Assembly: GCA_951406725.2 (NCBI GenBank)
Contig: OX597826.1
Location: 48,918,001 to 48,982,000, forward strand
From: Octopus vulgaris
Taxonomy: Eukaryota
DNA: 64,000 bases
Reading direction: 5' to 3'
Shown here: positions 1 to 13,363 of the stretch, in pieces
Layout: each line of letters begins with the position of its first letter
Numbering within the stretch: the first letter of the stretch is position 1
Notes under the pieces: generated by a model
Told to the model about the DNA's origin: nothing
Databases searched by the model: none
The model's input: only the letters and a program-made list of their open reading frames with translations
Translations under genes and position numbers: made by a program

Positions 1-648
1 TCAGGACAGACTTGGTAGAGAACAGGACTAAATGTCTTGAAGCGTTTAATTAAAGGCCTCTATGTTTTGAGTTTAAAATCTTGCTACAGGTCAAATTTAT
101 TTTGTAGGGACCAGTAATGAGAGCACTAGTAATACACTACATTCATTTTAGTCAGCTGTGACCCCTCCATATACACAAAAGTAACTGACCATATGCCAAT
201 CTTCATCATCATCATCATCATCACAACCACCACCACCACCACCATCCTCATCATCATCACCATCACCATCATCGTCGTCATCATCATCATCACCCCCATC
301 CCCACCATCATCATCGTCATCATCACCCCCACGCCACCCCCACCATCACCATCATCATCATCATCATTTAACATCCATTTCCCATGCCAGCATGAGTTAA
401 ACAGTTTAATAGGATTTGGTGATTTACAGGATTGTGTGAAGCCCCAGTGTAATCTTTGGAACAATTCCTCCAGCGGAATGCCCTTAATCCAGTTTAAGTA
501 TAACATTAACAGTGCCACTCTCCCCACTTTTGGAAAGTGACTTCAAAGACATTGCTTCTTCCTCCAGATGCAACTAAAAAAAAAAAAGTGAGAAAATATA
601 CACTGTTCCAGCATGGTCTCCTACACAGTGGTTTAAATAAATTATAGA

Positions 649-832
649 AGGCATAGGAGTGGCTGTGTGGTAAGTAGCTTGCTTACAAACCACATGGTTC
701 TGGGTTCATTCCCACTGCATGGCACCTTGGACAAGTGTCTTCTACTATAGCCTCAGGCCGACCAAAGCCTTGTGAGTGGATCTGGTGGATGTCTTCTACT
801 ATAGTAGACGGAAACTGAAAGAAGCCTGTCGT
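649..832 (+). mobile_element. tRNA-derived SINE family A, 5' half
   Basis: A-box TGGCTGTGTGG, B-box-like GGTTCATTCCC, CORE-like GGCACCTTGGACAAGTGTC; homologous to 9578-10038. Confidence 0.85.
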
Positions 833-856
833 ATATATGTATATATATATATATAT

Positions 857-1092
857 TGGTAAAAACGGTAAGATAACAAAAGAAAGAAAGATACCTTAAT
901 ATTATGTAAATAGAGGAAATTTATCTGTAAAATAATATGTGACAATTATTCAATAGCCAAGATAAAAGACCATCTCTTCGGTTATGAGGCCAGATAACCG
1001 AAGAGATGGTGTTGTGGATTTCCACTTCGGCATCCGAAACTCAGAGTTTTATCTTGGCTATTGAATAATTGTCACATATTATTTTACAGATA
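857..1092 (+). mobile_element. Penelope-like/retrozyme cassette with inverted repeat, inserted in the SINE (TA)n tract
   Basis: 921-966 is the reverse complement of 1047-1092, and 969-985 of 994-1010; contains an HHR motif; flanked by (TA)n. Confidence 0.7.
992..1054 (+). ncRNA. type I hammerhead ribozyme motif (U4C core variant)
   Basis: stem I AGATAA/TTATCT; core CCGAAGA 998-1004; stem II GATG..CATC; GAAA 1036-1039; stem III CTC-A-GAG; GUU site. Confidence 0.65.
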
Positions 1093-1238
1093 TATATATA
1101 TATATATATATATATGTAAAAAAATACAAACTGGGACAAGAACGCAAAACATTTAAAAGACGATACAAAAACACAGACGGGACATTCAAAGCCTTCAATC
1201 TTCAGTCAAGAACCGGATCATCCTTGCAATTTCGGCTG

Positions 1239-1290
<52 letters not shown>

Positions 1291-1911
1291 GTGCCAAGAT
1301 TTTAAACCAATTTTGTACATAGGTGCTTTTTGAGTTTCACAAAATTAGTTTAATAACTTTTTGTGGTAAGTGTTTGTAGATATTCTTTTATTCTTTTATT
1401 TGTTTCAATCATTTGACTGTGGCCATGCTGGAGCACCGCTTTGAAATATGCTCATGTTTATGAAGTTAAATGTGCGCAAGTAGATACGGAACAAAAGTAA
1501 AGAAGAAAAAGCCAGAGAATTCATACGAATTTAAAATGATTGAACTTAACAATTGGTATGCAATTTTTGTTTAGTTAATGTGTTACTCATGATTTATGGC
1601 AACTAATTCTACTCTGTTAACACAAAACAAAGAACTGAAGATTATCTAAGAAGGTGAAAGAGAATGTTAAGTGAAACAGCTGGTGCATGGTTGCTGTGAA
1701 GGCAAAATAAGAAGAGAGATTGAAAACAGTTTGACTTCTTGTTAAAGGCCTTTTTTCCAGCTTTATGTTCTTAGTTCAATGACTTTCCCATTCATCCTTT
1801 CCAGGTCAATAAAATAAGAAACCACTTGATCATTGAGGTCAGTGTAATTTTAAAATTGCTGATCTTGCACTAAAAATTAGAAAGACTTTTGTTGAGCAAA
1901 ACTTTAAGAAG

Positions 1912-2052
1912 TAAGTAACTAGCTTACGAACCACATGGTTCTGGGTTCAGTCCCATTGCGTGGCACTTTAGGCAAGTGTCTTCTACTATAGCCTCGGGCC
2001 GGCCAAAGCCTTGTGAGTGGATTTGGTAGAGAGAAACTGAAAGAAGCCCGTC
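1912..2052 (+). mobile_element. SINE family A, 5' half
   Basis: GGTTCAGTCCC B-box through GAAACTGAAAGAAGCCCGTC, followed by (TA)n. Confidence 0.85.
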
Positions 2053-2092
2053 ATATATAAATATATATATATATATATATATGTATGTATAT

Positions 2093-2790
2093 AATATTAG
2101 TTATCGCCATACTAATATGGCATTCTTATAAAAATAAGAATAAATTGACCGCTTATTAGCTCCATGAGGCCATCGCCTTAAGTTAGCTATTTGATACACA
2201 AACTGTATCCATATAACCTTTGAACAAGGGAGGTTCAAAGGTTATATGGATACAGTTTGTGTATCAAATAGCTAACTTAAGGCGATGGCCTCATGGAGCT
2301 AATAAGCGGACAGATTTATTCTTATTTTTATAAGAATGCCATATTAGTATGGCGATAACTAATATTTTCCGGGAACGCTGCCGTTGTTCTCTTTTAGAGA
2401 GACTTAGTAATTTTAATATTTCTATTATTGAAAACAAGTGGATGTATTCCACCGAAGCTAGGTAAATAAAACCTTTGAACAGAGATTGTCAGAAGCGACA
2501 CCTACTGGTTTGGCTACGCTGCATTGAAAAGGGGCAATACCCCGAAACGCGTCTGTAGCTGCCGGCCAAGTAGTGTGGAGCGACTGACCTCCCTTGTTCA
2601 AAGGTTATATGGATACAGTTTGTGTATCAAATAGCTAACTTAAGGCGATGGCCTCATGGAGCTAATAAGCGGTCAGCTTTATTCTTATTTTTATAAGAAT
2701 GCCATATTAGTATGGCGATAACTAATATTTTCCGGGAACGCTGCCGTTGTTCTCTTTTAGAGAGACTTAGTAATTTTAATATTTCTATTA
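2093..2790 (+). mobile_element. retrozyme/non-autonomous Penelope-like element: 363-bp monomer in about 1.5 tandem copies plus a 5' inverted copy
   Basis: 2233-2428 is directly repeated at 2596-2791 (period 363); 2093-2233 is the inverted copy; HHR between the direct repeats; (TA)n both sides. Confidence 0.8.
2518..2559 (+). ncRNA. minimal type I hammerhead ribozyme, U3-A8 covariant core
   Basis: stem I GCTGCA/TGTAGC; core TTGAAAA 2524-2530; stem II GGGG-CAATA-CCCC; GAAA; palindromic CGCG stem III; GUC site at 2553. Confidence 0.8.
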
Positions 2791-3519
2791 TATGTATATA
2801 TATATGTATATATATATGTGGTTGGTAAGCAAGCTACTTAACACACAGTCACTCCTGCGCCTATTAGTTCCTAATAATATTTAATCATAAAACTATAATA
2901 GGAGGGTCCATCTGAGTAAAAAAGGAACTGAAAGGGTCCATAGATATAAAAAAAATGGTTGTGTAACACTGATGTAAGCAAACACCCAAAATCTGGTTGC
3001 TTTTGTTTAGCCTATGATCAAACCTGATTAAGCAAACCTACAGTCAAAAGCATTCTTGTCTGAACTTTTAGACGTAGATTATATCTAGCACTACTTTTAT
3101 ATATTGTGTCGCTCATATTTCAAAATGGTACAATGTGATTTGAGAGAGATTTGACTGGTGCTTCTAAAAGGTCACATATTCACTATTGATTTCCAAGCTG
3201 GCTCAAGACAATGTTCTTACCTCTTATCCAACTATTTATGATCAAAGGCATTCTAGCCATGACCATCACATTATTTTCATGCCAGGAACTACTTTAGCTA
3301 ATGCAGTGGTCACTAACACTTTCACTACCAACGATCCCTTTTATTTAAATGAATTTCCTCCAAACCCTGAGTTTTTGAAAGTTAGATCTGATCGACGTAC
3401 TTTGAACATGCTGTTCATAGATGTGCAGTACTTTCTTTTGTGGACACCTGAGGACCCAAACAGCCTACGTTGGTAGCCACAGTATAATCAGTGTACAAAG
3501 GCGCAAGGACACACATGTG

Positions 3520-3559
<40 letters not shown>

Positions 3560-4217
3560 TGTACGCAAACACTCACAAACTTACACACACACATGCACAT
3601 TTATGTTATAGCACAGATGCTATACTGGTGACTCAAGAACTAGCTGAGCAATTGGCTTCCATGTGAGTAAATGTATCCTTCCTGTACTTTATCACAGTAG
3701 GATTTGATTTATGAGTGATTTGACTGCTATTTCATGCTGGTCAGTCACTTCATACCAAAGATGTCCCCCTCGTTAGCTCATCAAAGTGAGGTGTGGTTGC
3801 GAAAATACGGTGGCGAAGTCGACATTGGTTGCCAAGCAGTCTCTGGTTGCTAAGTACAGCATGGTCTCTTGTGAGTTAAGGGGTGGGGGTACGTAGGTGG
3901 ATTGGAGAGGTGGGAGACAATACTTTTGAATAGTCATGTACAATAAAGAAAGGAATAATATTGAAAAGAACACAGATAAAATATTTGTCATAGAAATAGC
4001 TACAACACAAACAACCACTACAGAAACAACAGACTGATATTACAACTCCCACCACTACCAACACCAACACAACTTTTCTACCCTAGGCACAAGGCCTGAA
4101 ATTTTGGGGGGAGGGGGCCAGTTGATTAAATCGACCTCAGTATGCAACTGGTACTTAATTTATCAACCCCTCACAAACAATACTACTATTAATAATAATA
4201 ATAATAATGACATAATA

Positions 4218-4431
4218 ATTTCAAATTTTGGTACAAGGCCAACAATTTTGGGTGACGGGGTAAGTTGACTACGTCGACCCCAGGGCTCAACTGGTTCGTA
4301 TTTTAATGACCCCCAAAAGAATGAAAGGTAAATTTGACAATGGCTAGATTCGAACTTGGAACATAGATATGGACAAAATGCCACTAAGCATTTTGCATGG
4401 CATGCTAATGATTCTGCCAGCTCACCACCTT
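4218..4431 (-). mobile_element. SINE family B
   Basis: reverse complement of AAGGTGGTGAGCTGGCAGAATCATTAGC head; homologous to 5580-5790. Confidence 0.8.
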
Positions 4432-4456
4432 ACGCATAAATATATGTTAAATATGG

Positions 4457-4602
4457 TACTACACTCTCAGAGTAGTTCGCATTAGGAAGGGCATCCAGCT
4501 GTAGAAACTCTGCCAGATCAAGATTGCAGTCTGGTGCAGCCATCTGGTTCACCAGACCTCAGTCAAATCGTCCAACCCATGCTAACATAGAAAGCGGACG
4601 TT
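4457..4602 (+). mobile_element. RTE-LINE-type 3' tail fragment
   Basis: AGGAAGGGCATCCAGC...CCAACCCATGCTA...GGACGTTA, shared with the LINE 3' end at 40060-40195. Confidence 0.7.
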
Positions 4603-4666
4603 AGAAAGAAAACCATTAGAAAGCCATTAGAAAACCGATTATAGCAACAACTCCATCTAAGAATAT

Positions 4667-4700
4667 CTGAAGAAGGAATATTATTCCGAAATATCATATC
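4667..4700 (+). ncRNA. minimal hammerhead ribozyme core (weak stem I)
   Basis: CTGAAGA-A-GGAAT-ATT-ATTCC-GAAA-TAT-C-ATA-TC. Confidence 0.55.
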
Positions 4701-4819
4701 AGACTATTGATGACTAAATTACAACAGGTATATAGCCCATTGTTAGTATTATAGTGCATTGTTGTACCATTCAAAACTCTTTATTCTTTATATACACACA
4801 TATATATACACATACACAC

Positions 4820-4979
4820 GGAGTGGTTGGCGTTAGGAAGGGCATCCAGCCGTAGAAACACTGCCAGATTTGACTGGGCCTGATGAAGCCTTCTGGCTTC
4901 ACAGACCCCAGTAGAACCGTCCAACCCATGCTAGCATGGAAAACGGACGCTAAACGATGATGATGATGATGATGATGAT
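4820..4979 (+). mobile_element. RTE-LINE-type 3' tail ending in (GAT)n
   Basis: GAGTGGTTGGCGTTAGGAAGGGCATCC...GGACGCTAAACGATGATGAT. Confidence 0.75.
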
Positions 4980-5142
4980 ATATATATAAATAATGAGGGA
5001 GATAAATTGAATATTAATTTAACTAATATCAATTTAAAACCAGTAGCCTAGCAGACATTTGAAATTAACCCCAATGTAATCGGTCTGTTTTTATATGGAA
5101 AACTGGTGGTTAGTTTTACAAATTACATTACCTGTGGAACGA

Positions 5143-5217
5143 TCGCACTGACGAGCCTACGGACGAGGGATTACGTAAGTGATTCATTAGTTAATAGGCG
5201 AAACCACCGGTCTGTGA
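5143..5217 (+). ncRNA. canonical type I hammerhead ribozyme within a ~390-bp cassette (about 4990-5378) flanked by (TA)n
   Basis: stem I TCGCA/TGTGA; CTGACGA 5148-5154; stem II GCCTA/TAGGC; GAAA 5200-5203; stem III CC-ACC-GG; GUC site at 5212. Confidence 0.85.
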
Positions 5218-5378
5218 GTAATTCTTGTTTTTTATATAATTTTCATCTGTCTTGCCCGCATATTGTTCTGGTGTCCGCTGAATTTTTCTCTAGAGAACAT
5301 TCTTTCCTTTGAAGTTTGATCGTTGGTGATCTACTTCTAGCATACGACTGACCACTTAGTGGTTTTTTAGCTCTTTAA

Positions 5379-5413
<35 letters not shown>

Positions 5414-5579
5414 GATCATCATCCTCATTTAACGTCTGATTTTCATGCTGCCCTTCCTAACACCAACCACTCCAATTAACTATCCTCCTCTCCACAAAAT
5501 CCAGGCCTTGTACCTATAGTAGAAAGGCTTGTTACCATCATCATCATCATCATCATTATTATTATTACTATTATTATGC

Positions 5580-5800
5580 AAGGTGGCATGCTGGCAGAAT
5601 CGTTAGTACACCAGACGAAATGCTTAGTGGCATTTCACCCGTCATTATGTTCTGAGTTCAAAATCTGCTGAGGTCGACTTTGACTTTCATCCTATCGGGG
5701 TTGATTAAGTAAGTACCAGTTACACACTGGGGTCGATGTAATTGACTTTATCTCTTTCCCCAAATTTTAGGCCTTGTGCCTACAGTAGAAAGCATTATTA

Positions 5801-5874
<74 letters not shown>

Positions 5875-6115
5875 GTTATTGTTATTGTCATTATAGACGG
5901 TGGCAAGCTGGCAGAATTGTTAGCATGCTGGATAAAATGCTTAGTGGTATTTCAACTGTTGCTACGTTCTGAGTTCAAATTCCACGGAAGTTGATTTTGC
6001 CTTTCATTCTTTCAGGGTCGATAAAATAAGTACTAGTTACATACTGGAGTCGATGTAATCAACTGTCCTCCCTCCCCCAAAATTTCAGGCATTGTGCCTA
6101 TAATAGAAAGGATTA
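5580..6115 (+). mobile_element. two tandem SINE family B copies (5580-5790, 5895-6115) separated by an (ATT)n tail
   Basis: GCTGGCAGAA..GTTAG head, GAGTTCAAA B-box-like motif, CTTTCAT..GGGGT.GAT..AAGTAC.AG central domain. Confidence 0.85.
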
Positions 6116-6242
6116 TTATTATTATTGTATTGCATTATATTTTTGTTTTTTCAAAATCTTACAAAATTTGAGAAACAAAATAAAATTTCCCAAAAATTTT
6201 TTTTTGAATATTGATAGTGATGGGAAAAAAAATTAGGTTAAT

Positions 6243-6296
<54 letters not shown>

Positions 6297-7726
6297 TAAT
6301 AATAATATGGCAATGAATGACACCTGTACAATCCACTTCTCTCTTATGGTAAATTGTGCTACCATCAACCCCACCCCTGCTCCCCATTCTGCTTCCCGAC
6401 CTATTTTTTTTTTTTGTTTCCCTACCACTAATACCAACACCATTCTCTCTGCTATCAACATTACTGCTACCATTGTCATCATCATCACCACCACCACCAC
6501 CACCACCATCAACCTCAGCCATAGCATTTTCATCATCACGACCACCACCACCACCACCACCATTACCAATTTCTGCAGCAGCAACAATAATTGCAGCGGC
6601 AGCAGCAGAAGCAGCAGCAAGGTGGTGATGTCATTGTCTAATTCTTTTGTTTCCTTCCTGCCTGTCATTGTCTTGGATTGTTCTTCAGATTCTGGAGAAT
6701 TCTTGAAGACAGGGCTGACAGGGTGCAGGGGGCACGCTGAGGGGGTGGGAGGAAGGTTTGAGGTGATGGGATGATAATACTGTAGAGCAAGAGACAGTCA
6801 GACAGACAGAAAGACAGCCATCCAGACAGACAGACAAACAGACAGCCAGACAGACAGCCAGACTGACAGACAGACTGACTTGAAGAAATATAAAACCTTC
6901 TCCAACTGTTGAAATAGAAGTAAGGTGGAAGGGGTGGAGGGTGCGCTGGAGGGAGAAAGAAGAATGAGGATCAGTGGGAGGGGAAAAACAAAGGAGGGTT
7001 TCAGGTGGGGAAGGAGAGCAAGAAGAATTGTGTATACATATGTGTGTGCATATTTGTGTTTGTATATGTATATATATATATATATATGTATGTGTATATG
7101 TATGTATGTATGACTGTATTTGTGTATAAACGTATGTGCATATGTATGTGTCTATGACTGCGTTTGTATGTGTGTATATATGTATGTGTGCATGTCTATG
7201 TGCTTGCATGTATGTATGTATATTTGTATATGTATATACATATGTATATATATATATATATGTACAAACATGTGTATGTGCATATATATGGGTGTATGTG
7301 CGTGTATATATATATGCATGTATGTGTATATATGTATGTATGTTTATACAAGACACAAGGGTGGAGAAATTGATAGAAAGGAATTTGACACATTTGCACA
7401 CCTTACCCCACCCTGCATTTCTCTGCCACTCCACCTGTACACCATACACACACACACAGAGACACACACACACACACATACACACAAAAGACACATGCAC
7501 ATGTATACATGCTCATACACATACATACATACTATGAACTACACCCACCAACTCAAAGGCCAGCTCTCCCACCCCAACACCTCTTCATCTTTCTGTTGAT
7601 GATGATGACGGTGATGGTGGTAGTGGTGATTATGATGAGGATGATGATGCTGACAATGATAATGATATTGATGGTAATGACGTTGATAATGATAATGATG
7701 ATGATGATGATGATGATGACAATGAC

Positions 7727-7764
<38 letters not shown>

Positions 7765-8351
7765 CGATGAAGATGGTAACGGTGGTGGTGAATGTGGTGA
7801 TGATGATGATGAGGAGGAGGAGGAGGAGGAGGATCAGGAAGAGGAGGAGGATCAGGAAGAGGAGGAGGGAGTAGTAGTGATGGTGATAATGATTGGTGGT
7901 GGTGGTGGTGGTGGTGATGGTGGTGGCAGTGGTAATGACAATGCTTTGTGAACCCTAATTCAGACCATAATCCTCATCATCAGCGTCATCATCATCATTG
8001 TCATCATCACCACCATCCCCATCATCACCTGCATCACACAACAAATTTCTCCACCGTCATCACAACATCCCACCACCACCACCACCACCACCACCACCAC
8101 CATCATCATGTCTAATGTTGCAGTGGAGAGGAAGGAAGCAAATGAATGCAGAGGAGATTGAGGGAGAGGAAAACCTGCTTAGGAATGTAAGTGTGAGAGT
8201 GAGTGTAAGTGTGGGTGTTGGTATGAGTGTGAGTGTGAGGCTCATTTTGTCCCACACTTTTATTATTACATTTGTCCTGGAATTGAACTAGAAGCAAGTA
8301 AAATTGATTGGGTGAGTTAGAGAGGATTGGGAGTTGAGATTAGTTAGAGGG

Positions 8352-8365
8352 ACAGATAGATAGAC

Positions 8366-8428
<63 letters not shown>

Positions 8429-8472
8429 AAGATAGATAGATAACAGACAGACAGATAGACAGACAAACAGAC

Positions 8473-8515
<43 letters not shown>

Positions 8516-8567
8516 GATAGATAGACAGACAGACAGACAGATAGATAGATAGACAGATTGATAGATA

Positions 8568-8655
<88 letters not shown>

Positions 8656-8766
8656 CAGACAGACAGACAGACAGATAGATAGATAGAAAGATAGATAACA
8701 CACAGACAGACTGATAGATAGATAGATAGAGAGATAGAGAGATAGATAGATAGATAGATAGATAGA
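8352..8766. repeat. (AGAT)n/(AGAC)n compound microsatellite
   Basis: direct reading. Confidence 0.95.
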
Positions 8767-9350
8767 CGTAGAATGAAAGAAGAAATATATAGACAGAAGA
8801 GCAAAGAGAGAGAGAGAGAGGTGGGGGAAGTGGGAGAACGTGAAATAGAATAGAAACAAAATAATGAAGAAAAATGTATGAGGGGAGATGTAAAGTAAAT
8901 GGAATAAGTTAAAGAGAGGAAGAAAGAGATCAACAAACAATAAAAGGAGAGAGAGAAGGAGAGTGTTGAGAGAGAAGGAGAGTGTTGAGAGAGAACGAGA
9001 GTGTTGAGAGAGAAGGAGAGTGTTGAGAGAGAGAGAGAGAGAGAAATGAAAAGCGGAGGAGGGGGGAGAAAAAGAGGGTGAGGGAGACAGAGTAAAAGAA
9101 GAGAGTGCAAAAGTAGTGAAAAGATGATTAAGAGGAGAAGGGAGAGAAAGAGGAAAAGGATGAGGAAGGGAATGTAAGTATTGGTTGGGGCAGAGTGACA
9201 AAGATATGTTTGGAGGGAAAAGTAAGAAACATCCTCTCTCTTTTGCTTTCTTTCTTAGCCATTCTATCTTTCTCTTAGTCTTGATCTTTGTCTCTCTACC
9301 TTTGCTAGTCTCTCTTAACCCCAGTCAGTCTCTCTACCTTACTTTCTCTC

Positions 9351-9389
<39 letters not shown>

Positions 9390-9476
9390 TTCTACCCTCA
9401 TCTCTCTTTCTGTGTATATGTGCCTCTATCTCTCTGTCCTACTACTGCCATCTCTCTCTCTCTCTTTCTCTCTTTC

Positions 9477-10038
<562 letters not shown>

Positions 10039-10342
10039 AGTAATATGTGTGTGTGTAATATGTGTGCTTCAATTTCTCTGTCTTTGTCTCTTTATGTCTC
10101 TCTTTCTCTCTCTCTCTTTCTCCATCTTTCTATCTATACATCTGTCTCTACCTCTCCCTTCTTCTCCATCCCTCTATTTCTTAGAGTCCCTGAAACTCTC
10201 TCTCACACACACACATATGCGCATACGTACAAATACATATACATAGACACGCATGCACACGCTTACATACACACACACACACACTTCAGGTGTCCATTGG
10301 GGGCTTGTTACTCTCACACCTTGTCTATTTGGCCTGACTCAA

Positions 10343-10508
<166 letters not shown>

Positions 10509-11329
10509 TCTACCACCAGCATCACTACCACCAGGAACATTGCCACCCTTTCCAGTCAAAGAAGTAAAGAGGGTGGGAAATAGGTGGGAAGGGAAACTTG
10601 GGATGGAGAGGATGTTGTTACCATGGAATTATGGGAAACACACATTGCCTGTGTGAGTGTGGTGCTAGTGGTGGTAATGGTGGTATTATGTTGCGTCAGA
10701 ACAATGGAATGAGAAGAAGAAGAAGAAGAAGAAGAAGAAGAAGAAGAAGAAGAAGGGAAGAGAAGGCGGAGAGCCTAAGATTACAAAAGAAGAACTGACA
10801 CCTTCCACCAACACCCTCATGATTAAGAAACCCCCCCCTCCAACCCATCACTGCTACCAGACTTTTGTTGATGCAAGGGAACAGGATCAGGGAAGGAAGG
10901 GGCCACCTTTTTTTAATAAATTGATCTGGTTTTTTTTTTTTTTTAATATATCTAAAAAAAGCTCACCCTCCATCCCACAAAGCACAATCATGTTGAAACA
11001 TACATACATATACATATGTACACACACATAAAAACACACACACGTACACAAACTTGCACTCACATGCACTTTGTAAGCATTGCATACTTGCACCCACCTG
11101 TTATACCAACCTAGTTCAGTGAAAGCCTGCACACATTAGACATTCACACAAACACACCTGTTACAATTCACCTGATGCACACACATTCACAGACCTGCTC
11201 CGATATATACTTACATACATACATATCTGTGCATATATATTTATACACATATGTATACACACACTTACATTACATATTTATACATACATACATACATACA
11301 TACATACATACATACATACATACATACAT

Positions 11330-12640
11330 CATCACCATCATCATTTAGCGTCCATTGTCCATGCTAGCATGGGTTAGCAAGCTGGCAAGCTGAAAGGCTG
11401 CACCAGAACCCCCTGTCTGATCTGGCATGGCTTTCTACAGCTGGATGCCCTTCCTAATGCCAACCACTCTGAGAATGTAATGGGTGCTTTTACATGCCAC
11501 CGGTATGGGTGCCATTTGTGTGACACTGGTACATGTCATGACTGCGATTATATTTGCCTTGATGACTCTCCTTCTCAAGCATGACATAATGTCAAAGGTC
11601 TCAGTCATTGCCTCCATAAAGGTCAACACTTGTAAGGAGCTTTTCAACTGCCCCCAGCATCAGCAACTTTAACTCCATGAGGCCTAATGCTCGAAAAGTG
11701 CTTGTTACGTGCCACTGGCACAAGTGCCAGTTATATGACACCAGCATCAGCCATGACTACGATTTCACTTGGGTCTTCTCAAGAATAGCATATTACCAAA
11801 GGTCTCAGTCACCAGTCATTGTGAGGCCCAAAATTCAAAGATCATGCTTCACCACCTCATCTCATGTCTTCCTGGGTCTACCTCTACCACAGGTTCCCTC
11901 TACAGTCAGAGATCAGCACTTCATTACACAGCTGTCCTTGTCCATACACATCATATGACCATACCAGCACAGTCTATTCTCTTGCACACTACAGCTGATG
12001 CTTCTTATGCCTAACCTTTCTTAATTCTTTATTGCCCACAAGGAGCTAAACATAGAGCGGACAAACAGGAACAGACAAAGGGATTAAATCGATTATATTG
12101 ACCCCAGTGCATAACTGGTACTTATTTAATCGACCCTGAAAGGATGTGAGGCAAAGTCGACCTTGGTGGAATTTGATCTCAGAACATAGCGGCAGATGAA
12201 ATACTGCTAAGCATTTCGCCCAGCATGCTAACGTTTCTGCCAGCTTGCTGCCTTATGCCTAACTTTTCTCTCAAGATGCTTACACTCTGTCGAACATTCA
12301 CACTGACATTGCACATCCAGCAAAGCATGCTGGCTTAATTTCTTTCAAGTCTATGCATGTCCTCGGCTGTCACAGCTCATGTTTCACTGCCATGTAGCAT
12401 GGCTGTTAGCACACAGGCAACATACAATCTGCCTTTCACTCTGAGAAAGAGGCCTTTTGTTACCAGCAGAGGTAGGAGCTCTCTGAACTTTGCCAAAATT
12501 ATTTTTATTCTCACAGCTACACTCTCAGAACATCCCCCTCCGCAACTAACTTGGTCACCTAGGTAACAGAAGCTATCTATTACCTCTAGCTTACCCACCT
12601 GGCAGTTGATGGAGTCTATTTTCTGTACATTTTCGGTATT
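11330..12640 (-). pseudogene. 5'-truncated RTE-type LINE (RT C-terminal region plus 3' tail), interrupted by a SINE
   Basis: minus-strand peptide LEVIDSFCYLGDQVS...KGRLYVACVLTAMLHGSET followed by a GRPRKT-type motif; (GAT)n tail near 11330. Confidence 0.85.
12021..12253 (-). mobile_element. SINE family B inserted in the LINE, with target-site duplication
   Basis: TSD CTTATGCCTAAC(C/T)TTTC at 12004-12020 and 12252-12268. Confidence 0.9.
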
Positions 12641-12649
12641 TATTCTATC

Positions 12650-12687
12650 TGATGTTGATGATGATGACGGCGACGAAGATGGAGATG

Positions 12688-12756
<69 letters not shown>

Positions 12757-13317
12757 GTGATGATGATGGTGATGATGATGATAATTATGATGAAGGCAGC
12801 AAAAAGGATTATGTAGATGACGATAATGATAATGACAATGGTGGCAATAACGATGATGAGGAGGCTGATGGTGATGGTGATGGTGATGATGATGTTTAAA
12901 ATGACGATGAAGAAAATGATGGCAATGATAACTATCGTCAACGATGTAATGACAACAATAATGTTAATAATGACAACAATGATGACAATGATGACAACAG
13001 GCAGAAATGGTAATGACTGATGATAATGCTGAGGATAAATGAGGAGGAGGAGGAGGAGGAGGAGGAGAAAGAAGATGAAGAGAATGGAAATGATGATGCG
13101 GCAAAGAAGTAGAAATTTTTAAAATGATGGGTGGGGAGGAGGAAGGGGATGAAAATGATGTGGCAAAGCAGTAGAAGGAAAATGATGAAGAGGGGTAGGA
13201 GGAGGAGAAAGAAGGGGATGATGACGATGACGATGACGACGACGATGATGATGATGATGATGATGATGACATTGATGATGATGATGATGATGACAATGAT
13301 GGTAATGATGATGATGG

Positions 13318-13363
<46 letters not shown>

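Noticed and set aside
2093-2790. CRISPR array or LTR retrotransposon interpretation of the direct repeats
   Set aside because: No repeat-spacer periodicity, no TG..CA ends, PBS or PPT; the context is eukaryotic
3343-3450. Minus-strand HKRKYC resembling a FOG/U-shaped CCHC finger end
   Set aside because: No correctly spaced CxxC upstream, an in-frame stop nearby, and no convincing partner exon
4880-4900. CTGATGAAGCC as a hammerhead core
   Set aside because: It lies in an RTE-tail copy and has no following GAAA/stem III
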